From the NCBI GenBank assembly GCA_965223795.1, contig CBDCXL010000002.1, positions 416,001-480,000 of the forward strand: a stretch of DNA of 64,000 bases, given 5' to 3'. Shown in pieces: positions 39,346 through 47,478 of this stretch; position 1 is the first letter of the stretch, and each line of letters starts with the position of its first letter. The notes under the pieces were generated by a model that was given only the letters and a program-made list of their open reading frames with translations, was not told the origin of the DNA and ran no database searches. This DNA comes from Nitrospinales bacterium (GTDB lineage Bacteria > Nitrospinota > Nitrospinia > Nitrospinales > VA-1). A program made the translations under genes and the position numbers.

Positions 39346-41739
39346 TCAGTCCTCGTCCTCCTCGTCCACTTCGGTGATCCGGGGCCCGGAAACGCAGCGC
39401 AGGCCGACGGTGAGGTGGCGCTCGGCGGGGTCGAAGGAGTTTCTGAACTTGCATTTGGCGTGCACCAGGTAGTTGAGCCAGGAGCCGCCGCGGACGATGC
39501 GCTGGGTGGTGTGGCGGGAGGCGTGCAGCTGAACGCACCATTCCCACACGTTTCCAGCCATGTCGAAGCAGCCATACGGCGAGATGCCGGGCTCGTATTC
39601 CATCACCGGGCTGGTGCGGCCGACCATGAAATCGCAGGTGTTCGCATATCCGCTCTGGTAGCCCATCGCCTCGCCCCAGGGGTAGTCGCGGCCGTCGTGG
39701 CTGCGGGCGGCCTTTTCCCACTCTTTTTCCACCGGCAGCCGCCTGCCGAGCCAGATGCAGAAAACCAGGGCTTCATAATAGTTGATGCCGATCACCGGCT
39801 GGTCCGGGTCCGCAGAATAGCGGGGGAAACGCAGTTTGTGGTTGGGGTCGAACTGCTGGTACAGGGCGTTGGTGACCGGGTATTTCATGATGGCGTACTC
39901 TTTAAGAAGGATGTGGTCCTCCTCGTCGGTTTCATCCTGGTAGATGAACCTGCCTTCGGGAACGGTGACCATCTCGCCCCACTGGCGCAGCACGCCCATC
40001 TGCACCTGCTTGGGGTCGCCGGACTCGGCGAGAAAATCCTGAAGCGCATCGATCTCCTTGAGCGGAGCGAAGTCCTGGGTGTCCACCAGGGCGTTGAGAT
40101 CCACCTTGTGCAGGGTGAGCAGCAGTTCGATGACGGCGAACAGAATGCGGCTGTCGCGGTGTTCCCGTTTGAGCAGCCGGGTGAGCAGGTCTTTCAGGTA
40201 ATCCGTGTCCACGGTGTCGGCCACTTCCTTGGTGGGCACGAGGCGGCAGCGGGCAAACTGCGGATGGGCTTCCTTGCACTGGTACTTGAGCAGGTGCCCG
40301 GCGAGCAGCTGCTTGCTGCGCGAGAGGTCCTCCGCTTCGCCCAGACAGCTTCCTGCGAGGAACACCGCGCCTTCCTGCAGCAGCACCTCGAACAGGTCGT
40401 CGCTGGGCACGCGGCCGACGAGAAACGGGATGACGGTCTGCCAGATCTCGTCGCGGCAGTGCTTCTGCACCAGAGCCTGCCACTCGGTCTGCGCGGCCAG
40501 GTGGCGGGCGGCGAAAAATTCCTGAAAGCTGGGATGGCGGTACTCCCAGCGGTCCGGGGTCTGCTGGATCAGGCCGGTGAGCGCTTCGGGCAGCCCGCCG
40601 TCTTCCGGCCCGGGTTCGCCCCAACACTCATAAAGGATGTCCCTGGAGAAACCGGTCTCGACATGGACTCCGCGCTGCACTTTGCCTTCACCCATCAGCG
40701 TGTACGCCAGCCGGGCCAATCGGTCCATGCGGGCATCGGTCGAGCCGGGATCGTCCTCCGGGGACCCGGCGTCGAGCAGGGCGCGGAAATGTGCTTCGTA
40801 GAGATCGCTGCGCGTGTTGCACTCGGGGAGCGCTTCCTCCTGGCTTTTGATCATGCGCAGCAGGATGGGGGTCTCAATGAATTCGGGCGCGAAGGGGGCG
40901 GCTTTTTTCAACAGCAGCGCCTTGGCGGCCTCGTCCAGATAGGCTTTGCGTTCCTTGTCGGTGATGGGCTGAAACTGGATCTGAAACGCCGCGTCGCCGC
41001 CGCGCTTGACGACGGCGTCGGTGGCCATGGCGCCGAACTCAAAGGGCCGCGAGGCGGCGAGCGCGAAATTGCTGCGCAGCACGTTGTCGTCCACGAACAG
41101 GTCGTAAAACACCTGGAAGCGGTCCTCGGCCTCCAGCGTTTCGAGCCCGTCCAGCAGGTAGATCATGCGGCTGGTGGTGCCGATGATCTCGATGGTGCGT
41201 TCGAGCACGTCCTCGTCCAGCTCCAGCTCCGGCGATTCCTCTTTTTCCAGCAGCACCACGTCGAGGATCTCGCGCCGCGTGCGCTCGAAAAATTCGCCGA
41301 AGCCGGTGCCCCGGGGCAGCGCCCCCAGATGGTAGTAAATCGGCAGCGAGTAGATCGGGTGCGCCGGTTTCTTGAGCAGGGTTTCCAGGTAGAACTTGAG
41401 GAAGGTGGTCTTGCCCATGCCGGACGGTGCTTCCAGGTGGATCTTGAGCTTGCCCACCTCCAGCAGGTCCTCGTTGATGGCGCGCGGCGAAGGGAACACC
41501 TGCTCCTGCAGGCTCTGGCGGTGCAGGATGGGGTTGGTGTCGAGCAGCACCGGCAGAATGTACTGGTTCGGCCCCCTGCCCTCACCCAGTTGCTGGTCGA
41601 GCCAGGCGCTGACCTGTTTGAGCTGGTGCTTGCGGTAGGTCTCGATCACCCAGTCGGGAGACTCCTCGGGCTTGGGCTGCGCGACCGGCGCGCGCTCCTC
41701 ATCGGGCTGCGGGACCGGCAAATCATTTGTTTCACTCAT
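39346..41739 (-). CDS. NACHT-like STAND NTPase fused to C-terminal FGE-sulfatase (SUMF1-like) domain
   Basis: APSGMGKTT Walker A, YLLDGLE Walker B, TPILL, HPSFQEFFAA; YPVTNA, RLPVEKEWEKAAR, DMAGNVWEW, RGGSW. Confidence 0.9.
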   Translation of the reverse strand: MSETNDLPVPQPDEERAPVAQPKPEESPDWVIETYRKHQLKQVSAWLDQQLGEGRGPNQYILPVLLDTNPILHRQSLQEQVFPSPRAINEDLLEVGKLKIHLEAPSGMGKTTFLKFYLETLLKKPAHPIYSLPIYYHLGALPRGTGFGEFFERTRREILDVVLLEKEESPELELDEDVLERTIEIIGTTSRMIYLLDGLETLEAEDRFQVFYDLFVDDNVLRSNFALAASRPFEFGAMATDAVVKRGGDAAFQIQFQPITDKERKAYLDEAAKALLLKKAAPFAPEFIETPILLRMIKSQEEALPECNTRSDLYEAHFRALLDAGSPEDDPGSTDARMDRLARLAYTLMGEGKVQRGVHVETGFSRDILYECWGEPGPEDGGLPEALTGLIQQTPDRWEYRHPSFQEFFAARHLAAQTEWQALVQKHCRDEIWQTVIPFLVGRVPSDDLFEVLLQEGAVFLAGSCLGEAEDLSRSKQLLAGHLLKYQCKEAHPQFARCRLVPTKEVADTVDTDYLKDLLTRLLKREHRDSRILFAVIELLLTLHKVDLNALVDTQDFAPLKEIDALQDFLAESGDPKQVQMGVLRQWGEMVTVPEGRFIYQDETDEEDHILLKEYAIMKYPVTNALYQQFDPNHKLRFPRYSADPDQPVIGINYYEALVFCIWLGRRLPVEKEWEKAARSHDGRDYPWGEAMGYQSGYANTCDFMVGRTSPVMEYEPGISPYGCFDMAGNVWEWCVQLHASRHTTQRIVRGGSWLNYLVHAKCKFRNSFDPAERHLTVGLRCVSGPRITEVDEEDED

Positions 41740-41922
41740 GAAACGGGTTCTCTATAATTGAATGAGGGGGCCTTCATTGCATGTATCGATTGCGGGTTTT
41801 CGCTCCGGCGCGCCGCCAGCGGCAGGCGCGGGCTTGAGCCCAACTTCAATGATTTTCGAGTCCACCATTCTATCACACGGACTCCCACCCGGAACAGCAC
41901 AGCCGGGCGCGGGTTAAGCGGA

Positions 41923-41987
41923 AACACTCGGACAGGATTACTGGATAAAAACAGGGCTCGGGCAAAGACGCTAAGGCGCAAAGAAAA
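41923..41987. repeat. GACAGGAT module + GCAAAG module (left composite repeat)
   Basis: aacactcggacaggattactggataaaaacagggctcgggcaaagacgctaaggcgcaaagaaaa; inverted counterpart at 44251-44324. Confidence 0.75.
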
Positions 41988-42018
41988 GCGATGGGTGGAG
42001 AGCGATTTTATCTGTGCT

Positions 42019-42108
42019 TCCTCTCCCCTGGAGGGAGGCCAAGCATAGCTTGGCACCCGCATTATAAAAAAACGCGGGAGGTGGCTTGAGGATTGAGGTG
42101 AGGGGGGA
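42019..42108. repeat. REP-B composite element (reverse orientation)
   Basis: cctctcccctggagggaggccaagcatagcttggcacccgc...ggtggcttgaggattgaggtgagggggg is the near reverse complement of 44157-44241. Confidence 0.88.
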
Positions 42109-42246
42109 GGATGAACCCTATCCCTTGATTTTTTGCAAATTCTGTGTGACAGACTGAAAAAACCGCATTATGTCTCCAAATGCCCTATTGGGCTATACAA
42201 GGCAAGCGCCCTAGATATCTCCTCTAACGCATCAAACGAGAATTCC

Positions 42247-42888
42247 ATGTTCCCCCTGAGCGACGAAAACCCGACCTACGGCCCGACGCCCCTCACCTGG
42301 GGGTTGATCGGAACGAACATCCTGGTGTTCATCTTCGGGTTCAGCTCGTCGCTGGGACCGGAATACCTGTACCTCAATTACGGGCTCATCCCCTACCACC
42401 TGACGCACTTTCCGCAGTCGGCCTACCCCACGGTGTTTTCCTCGATGTTCCTGCACGGCGGCTTCTGGCACCTGGCCGGGAACATGCTCTACCTCTACAT
42501 CTTCGGCAACAACATCGAGGACAAGCTGGGGACGTTCCGTTTCGCACTGTTCTATCTGGTGTGCGGCGCGATTGCGGCGTTCGGGCACATCGCCACGGAC
42601 GTAAACTCCGAGATCCCGATGGTGGGCGCGAGCGGCGCCATCTCGGGCATCCTGGGCGCATACCTGATCCTGTTTCCCCACGCCAGGGTGAAGACGCTCG
42701 TCTTCCTGGGGTTTTTCATCACGGTGGCGCGCATCCCGGCGGTGATCCTTCTGGGGCTGTGGATGCTGTTCCAGGTGGTCAACGGTCTGTCGGTTTCCGT
42801 GGACGGGCCGGGCGTGGCCTGGTTCGCGCACATCGGCGGCTTCATCGCGGGGATGGTGCTCATCCGGCCGTTTCTGGGCATGAGGTGA
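42247..42888 (+). CDS. Rhomboid family intramembrane serine protease
   Basis: MFLHGGFWHLAGNM, GASGAISG, VAWFAHIGGF. Confidence 0.95.
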   Translation: MFPLSDENPTYGPTPLTWGLIGTNILVFIFGFSSSLGPEYLYLNYGLIPYHLTHFPQSAYPTVFSSMFLHGGFWHLAGNMLYLYIFGNNIEDKLGTFRFALFYLVCGAIAAFGHIATDVNSEIPMVGASGAISGILGAYLILFPHARVKTLVFLGFFITVARIPAVILLGLWMLFQVVNGLSVSVDGPGVAWFAHIGGFIAGMVLIRPFLGMR

Positions 42889-42895
42889 GCGCGAC

Positions 42896-42931
42896 AACAC
42901 TCAGACAGGATGGACGGGATAAAAGCGAGGA
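42896..42931. repeat. GACAGGAT module copy
   Basis: aacactcagacaggatggacgggataaaagcgagga is a direct repeat of 41923-41956. Confidence 0.7.
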
Positions 42932-42960
42932 TGGATTTCACTGAGATGGGCTTGTGGAAT

Positions 42961-43020
42961 GTCACACTTCGACAGGCTCAGGGTGACATTCGACTGTCAT
43001 GCTGAGCTTGTCGAAGCATG
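42961..43020. repeat. REP-A doublet (arms in reversed order)
   Basis: cttcgacaggctcagggtgaca-ttcgac-tgtcatgctgagcttgtcgaagca. Confidence 0.88.
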
Positions 43021-43235
43021 AGACAGGCGAAAAATTCAGGGTGCCTCAGAAAAGATATTAAGAACACGTTTTCGATTCTCCTCTCCTCTTAAAGCTCTTT
43101 CTCAAGTAAAAAATCCGCGCTCCATAAGAAGCGATTTCTCAACAAAATTGCCCATCCCGCGCAATCAAATACAATTCTCCCCCTTTAAATTCAATCACTT
43201 AAGCCTTAACCTGAAAGAAAGCCCCAAAATGGATC

Positions 43236-43619
43236 ATGAATCCCCGAACCGCGCTTTCAAAATCAGGAAACGGCATGAGTCCCTTGAGCTTGTGGCTGAA
43301 TGGCAAAAAATGGCGGGAGGACAACCTGTCGTCCTGGGAGGGCATGGGCATTCCCGGCGAGAACGGGCTGAACCCGTTTCAGCAGGAATGCCTGGACTAT
43401 CTCGGCAGCGTTGTGGACATCGCGGAACACCGCGTGGAAGGCGACGCAGAAAAAACCATTTCCGGACGGCTGGGAAAGAAGGGGGAAGTGCAATACTTCA
43501 TCTATGAAGACAGCGCCGTCATCCGCAACGGCAAAAAAGATTTCCAATTCCAGCGCTGGGACTACCGCACCCTCAGCGACCTCATCCAAGCCTTCGTCGC
43601 CAAAGCGAAAAAGTTCTGA
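43236..43619 (+). CDS. Hypothetical protein
   Basis: 127-aa ORF with coding-like codon usage; alternative start at MSPLSLW. Confidence 0.6.
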   Translation: MNPRTALSKSGNGMSPLSLWLNGKKWREDNLSSWEGMGIPGENGLNPFQQECLDYLGSVVDIAEHRVEGDAEKTISGRLGKKGEVQYFIYEDSAVIRNGKKDFQFQRWDYRTLSDLIQAFVAKAKKF

Positions 43620-43625
43620 AACCCG

Positions 43626-44138
43626 ATGGAAGTGACGGCGAACATCACGAAGTGGGATGTCGCGAATTTGTATCTTCATTGGTTTTTCAGGTTTAAGTAT
43701 TTAGCCTTGCTAGTGATTTTTATTTTCGTGAGTTGCGCGATTTTTTATCCTCATAAAACTTTCTATGATTATCAGATTACCCTTATCGTTGCCATTGTTG
43801 GTGGAGGTTTTTCAGTATTAGTGGGCTTACTAATGTCCCTAGCACATGTTTATTTAATATCTCCATTTATTGGCCTAAAAGGACTTGGCAAACATATATA
43901 CACTATAAGTGATAATGGACTTTACGAAAAAGCGCCTACAAACGAAAGATTAGATAAGTGGACTGAAATACTTTCTATCGAGAAATCACAGAACTATATT
44001 TATGTTCGTGTGCCAAATCTTAATTTTTTAACTCCACTGTTTCACGCAATTCCCCGCCGGAACTTTAAAAATAAGGACGAATTTTACGACTTCTATTACA
44101 AAGCTACTAGATACTGGAAAGAAGCTTTTAATAATTAA
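43626..44138 (+). CDS. YcxB-like membrane protein, AT-rich
   Basis: Two N-terminal TMs, then YTISDNGL...KWTEILSIEKSQNYIY...IPRRNF pattern. Confidence 0.7.
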   Translation: MEVTANITKWDVANLYLHWFFRFKYLALLVIFIFVSCAIFYPHKTFYDYQITLIVAIVGGGFSVLVGLLMSLAHVYLISPFIGLKGLGKHIYTISDNGLYEKAPTNERLDKWTEILSIEKSQNYIYVRVPNLNFLTPLFHAIPRRNFKNKDEFYDFYYKATRYWKEAFNN

Positions 44139-44156
44139 TTGAAAGTTTTTTTTCTA

Positions 44157-44241
44157 CCCCCTCACCCCAGCCCTCAAGCCACCACCGGTATTTGAATAAG
44201 CGGGTGTCAAGCTATGCTTGGCCTCCCTCCAGGGGAGAGGG
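44157..44241. repeat. REP-B composite element
   Basis: ccccctcaccccagccctcaagccaccaccgg...gtcaagctatgcttggcctccctccaggggagaggg. Confidence 0.88.
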
Positions 44242-44250
44242 ATAATACAA

Positions 44251-44416
44251 TTTTTCTTTGCGTCTTCGCGGCGTCACCCTGTGGGTATTGAGCGAGTCCT
44301 GCTTGTATCCTGTTCATCCTGTCCCTTACTTCTATTCTCATTCTGGCGGCGGCACGACTGCGGACGTGGCGTGAAGCCCGCTTTTATCTTTGGGCTTGAT
44401 CCTGCTATCCTGTCAA
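44251..44416. repeat. CTTTGCG module + two ATCCTGTC modules (right composite repeat)
   Basis: ttctttgcgtcttcgcg...gagtcctgcttgtatcctgttcatcctgtcc and gatcctgctatcctgtcaaaa. Confidence 0.7.
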
Positions 44417-44447
44417 AACTGAATTCTGAAAAACAGGTGAATCGGGC

Positions 44448-44774
44448 ATGTGCGCGCATTTGGGGGAATGGCTGGGGGTCGGGCTGATGCTGGTGGCGGG
44501 GCTGTACGTCGCGGCGTTTCTGTATTTGCACTACGTTCTCAAAATCGCGCACAAGGAGGTGTCGGTCTCCCTCGGCGGCGATTCGGTTTTGGGCTTTATC
44601 TCGCCTTCCTACCAGTACCGGTTGTTCCGCTTTGTCATCGGCAAGCGGTATCTCGATCTGTACAGCGACACGCTCAACAAGCTGTGCGAAGGCATCCGCC
44701 ACATCGCGCTGATCTTCTTCTGCGGCCTGATCGCCGGCTATATCTTCCTGCAATCCTGCGCCACGGGGTTTTAG
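44448..44774 (+). CDS. Small hypothetical membrane protein
   Basis: 108-aa ORF with two hydrophobic segments, caggtg RBS-like sequence. Confidence 0.55.
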   Translation: MCAHLGEWLGVGLMLVAGLYVAAFLYLHYVLKIAHKEVSVSLGGDSVLGFISPSYQYRLFRFVIGKRYLDLYSDTLNKLCEGIRHIALIFFCGLIAGYIFLQSCATGF

Positions 44775-44839
44775 CGTTTCCAGTACAAGCACAGTTTCCC
44801 AATACGAAACCTATTCATTTCCTACCTTTTTTTGGTTTT

Positions 44840-44962
44840 CTTTGCGCCCTTTGCGTCTTTGCGGTTATTAAAATTTTTTGTTTTTTACCCAGCGCAAACT
44901 CTTAAAGATTTTGCCAAATTCTTTAAAAACGGTTGAACCGCAAAGACGCAAAGAACGCAAAG
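44840..44962. repeat. 27-bp inverted repeat with 9-nt internal periodicity at the 3' end of the GxxExxY gene
   Basis: ctttgcgccctttgcgtctttgcggtt (44840-44866) vs aaccgcaaagacgcaaagaacgcaaag (44936-44962), 2 mismatches. Confidence 0.9.
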
Positions 44963-44964
44963 TG

Positions 44965-45342
44965 TCAAAGACCCAGAACTATGCGTTCAATTCCATTTTT
45001 AAGAACAGGAACATTGAAATTGATCAATATACCAAGTTTACAATGGGTCAGTTTCAAATAGGTCATGAGTTGTGCTTTGTGAACGGGCAATATTTTATCC
45101 ACTGTCTTGAGTTCCACGACGACCTTCTCATCGACGAGAAAGTCCAAACGAAAACCACAATCCATCAAAACGTCTTTATATTTAATGAGTTGTGACAATT
45201 CTTTCTGGAAGGGGATATTCTGGATTGAAAACTCGCGTGCCAGACACTCCTGATAAACACTTTCCAGTAAACCGGGGCCTAGATGGCGATGAACTTCGAT
45301 ACTGGCTCCGATGATTTTACTGGACCATTCATTTTCATCCAT
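44965..45342 (-). CDS. GxxExxY protein (PD-(D/E)XK nuclease superfamily)
   Basis: VHRHLGPGLLESVYQECL, RLDFLV...VVELK, AQLMTYLK, GILINF. Confidence 0.95.
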   Translation of the reverse strand: MDENEWSSKIIGASIEVHRHLGPGLLESVYQECLAREFSIQNIPFQKELSQLIKYKDVLMDCGFRLDFLVDEKVVVELKTVDKILPVHKAQLMTYLKLTHCKLGILINFNVPVLKNGIERIVLGL

Positions 45343-45351
45343 CTCCGCTTC

Positions 45352-45555
45352 TCAATCCCCGGCGGTGAACATGGAGACAAGCAGGGCCACGATGAGGGTA
45401 ACGAACAGGATCATGATGACCATGAACCAGGGGCCGGAACGGCCGAAAGTGGGGTAATTGGGGATGTTCGGGTTGACGGCGGTCTGGCAGTGGGGACAGA
45501 CGGTGGCTTCGGGCTCGATGTCTTCGCCGCAGGCGCGGCAGCGGTGGCTGCTCAT
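45352..45555 (-). CDS. Small zinc-ribbon membrane protein
   Basis: CRAC...CPHC plus C-terminal TM helix. Confidence 0.75.
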   Translation of the reverse strand: MSSHRCRACGEDIEPEATVCPHCQTAVNPNIPNYPTFGRSGPWFMVIMILFVTLIVALLVSMFTAGD

Positions 45556-45563
45556 GGTTTCCC

Positions 45564-46829
45564 TCAGGTTCTGGTTTTCATAATCCGCTGGCGCAACAGA
45601 TTGAGCGCTGCCTGGGCGGCGCGTTCCTTATTGCGGCCGCGGTCCTGGTGAAAGCGGTACTTGCGAAACTCGGTTCCTTCTGCATCGGCCACGGCGATGT
45701 AGGTCAGGCCGACGGGTTTGGCCTCGCTGCCGCCGTCGGGCCCGGCGATGCCGGTGACGGAAAGCCCGTAGTCGGCGCCGGCGGCGGCGCGCACGCCTTC
45801 GGCCATGGCGAGTGCGGTCTCGGGGCTGACGGCGCCCTTCTCGCGCAGCACGGTCTCCTGCACGCCGAGCCGTTTCATTTTAGCATCGTTGCTGTAGGTG
45901 ACGGCGCCTTCGAGAAAATATCCGGAACTTCCCGGCACCTGGGTCAGGCGGTGGCCGATGAGCCCGCCGGTGCAGGATTCGGCCACGGCGAGCGTCTGGT
46001 GTTTCTCTTTGAGCAGCGCCCCCACCCTGCCCTCCAGGGTTTCCTGATCGACGCCGAAGATGTCCGCGCCGATCTTTTCGCGCAGGAGCGTCTCGGCCGC
46101 ATCCAGCTTCGCTTTCACGGCCTCGGGCATGGTGTCGGTCGCGGACAGCCGCACGCGCACGCCGAGGTGGGACGGCAGCGACGCGACGGTGGCGAACGCT
46201 TCGATCGGGGTCAACGGCCCGACGCGCGACCACAGGTCCGACTCGGTCAAGCCGGTGGTGTTGAGCATGCGGTGGACGATGACGGGTCCGCCCGGCCGGG
46301 CCAGTTCGGGGGCGATGTATTTTTCGAACAGGTGCTGCATCTCCAGCGGAATGCCCGGCAGGGCGCAGACCGCCTTGCCGTCGCGCTCGAAGCGGAAACC
46401 CGGCGCGGTGCCCTTGTCGTTGTACAGGATTGTCGCCTTCTCGGGAACCTGGGTCTGGCTCACTATCGAATCGGGTATGGCCTTTCCCCGGTTTTTGAAG
46501 ATGCGCGCCAGGTTTTCCGCCACCTTCTCGTCGCGGCGGAACCCGGAGTCGAACAGTTTGGCCAGGACGTTTTTGGTGATGTCGTCGTGGGTGGAGCCCA
46601 GCCCGCCGGTGGTGATGACGAGCGCCGCCCGGTCCAGGGCCTCGCGCACCGCCTGGGTGATGATTTCGGGGTCGTCGCCCACGGCGGTGACGCGCGCCGC
46701 GACCCAACCCGCCTGCTGCAGGCGGCCGCACAGAAAGCGGGCGTTGCCGTCGGCGATCAGGCCGCTGACGATCTCGTTGCCGATGGTGACGATTTCCGCT
46801 CTGGGAACGTTCGAATGCTGTTCAAACAC
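45564..46829 (-). CDS. cinA: Competence/damage-inducible protein A (CinA, PncC domain)
   Basis: IGNEIVSG, TGGLGSTHDD, LPGIP, AESCTGG, SVTGIAGPDGG; start approximate. Confidence 0.95.
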   Translation of the reverse strand: MFEQHSNVPRAEIVTIGNEIVSGLIADGNARFLCGRLQQAGWVAARVTAVGDDPEIITQAVREALDRAALVITTGGLGSTHDDITKNVLAKLFDSGFRRDEKVAENLARIFKNRGKAIPDSIVSQTQVPEKATILYNDKGTAPGFRFERDGKAVCALPGIPLEMQHLFEKYIAPELARPGGPVIVHRMLNTTGLTESDLWSRVGPLTPIEAFATVASLPSHLGVRVRLSATDTMPEAVKAKLDAAETLLREKIGADIFGVDQETLEGRVGALLKEKHQTLAVAESCTGGLIGHRLTQVPGSSGYFLEGAVTYSNDAKMKRLGVQETVLREKGAVSPETALAMAEGVRAAAGADYGLSVTGIAGPDGGSEAKPVGLTYIAVADAEGTEFRKYRFHQDRGRNKERAAQAALNLLRQRIMKTRT

Positions 46830-46947
46830 ACTGCCTCCCGGCAATTCCGACTGCGCGCGTGTTTCCCCTTTGGCAAACACGCGCTTTTACCTTAATATAA
46901 GGAAACCAAGGCGCAAGTTCCATACGAACCCACACCCTTCCGAAGTC

Positions 46948-47412
46948 ATGGACGAAACACAAAAACTGCTGGACGCCCTCAAGGACGACGACGCGGAAAC
47001 CCGCAACCGGGCGACGCGCACGCTCTGGCGGATGTGGTTCGGCGAAGCGGGCCCCGAAGCGGAAACCACGCTCAACCGGGGCACGGCGATGATGAACGCC
47101 AAACGTCTGGAAGAAGCGGAATCGGTGTTCCTGCACCTCATCCAGCAGCACCCGGACTTTCCGGAAGCCCACAACAAGCTGGCGACGGTCCTGTTTTTAA
47201 AGGGCGACTATACAGGATCGGTGGTCGAATGCCAACGCACGCTGCGAATGAACCCGCACCACTTCGGCGCCTGGAACGGAATGGGTCTGTGCCTGTACCA
47301 GCTTGCCCGCTACGACGAGGCGCTCAAGAGCTTCCACCGGGCGCTTTCGATTCAACCCCACGCCGACATCAACCGCAAATACATCGCCCGCTGCCGCGGC
47401 CACCTGAACTAG
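46948..47412 (+). CDS. TPR repeat protein
   Basis: PDFPEAHNKLAT, NPHHFGAWNGMG TPR motifs. Confidence 0.88.
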   Translation: MDETQKLLDALKDDDAETRNRATRTLWRMWFGEAGPEAETTLNRGTAMMNAKRLEEAESVFLHLIQQHPDFPEAHNKLATVLFLKGDYTGSVVECQRTLRMNPHHFGAWNGMGLCLYQLARYDEALKSFHRALSIQPHADINRKYIARCRGHLN

Positions 47413-47478
47413 GCAGCCTCGCATTCACTTCACCCTTCGGCCGAAGCCCTGTTGCGGGTCCTTCGAACGGATGACAGG

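Noticed and set aside
39346..39960. FGE-sulfatase domain as a diversity-generating retroelement target
   Set aside because: No reverse transcriptase and no template-repeat copy of the 3' end seen in this window
41740..41920. GC-rich structured segment upstream of the NACHT gene as a tRNA/ncRNA
   Set aside because: No cloverleaf or T-loop consensus; more likely a promoter (extended -10 at 41867-41875, minus strand) and leader
41923..44962. Possible CRISPR array or integron
   Set aside because: No regular repeat-spacer periodicity, no cas genes, no integrase, and no clear attC RYYYAAC...GTTRRRY pairs
44878..45195. 105-aa plus-strand ORF
   Set aside because: Antisense to the GxxExxY gene and runs through its repeat
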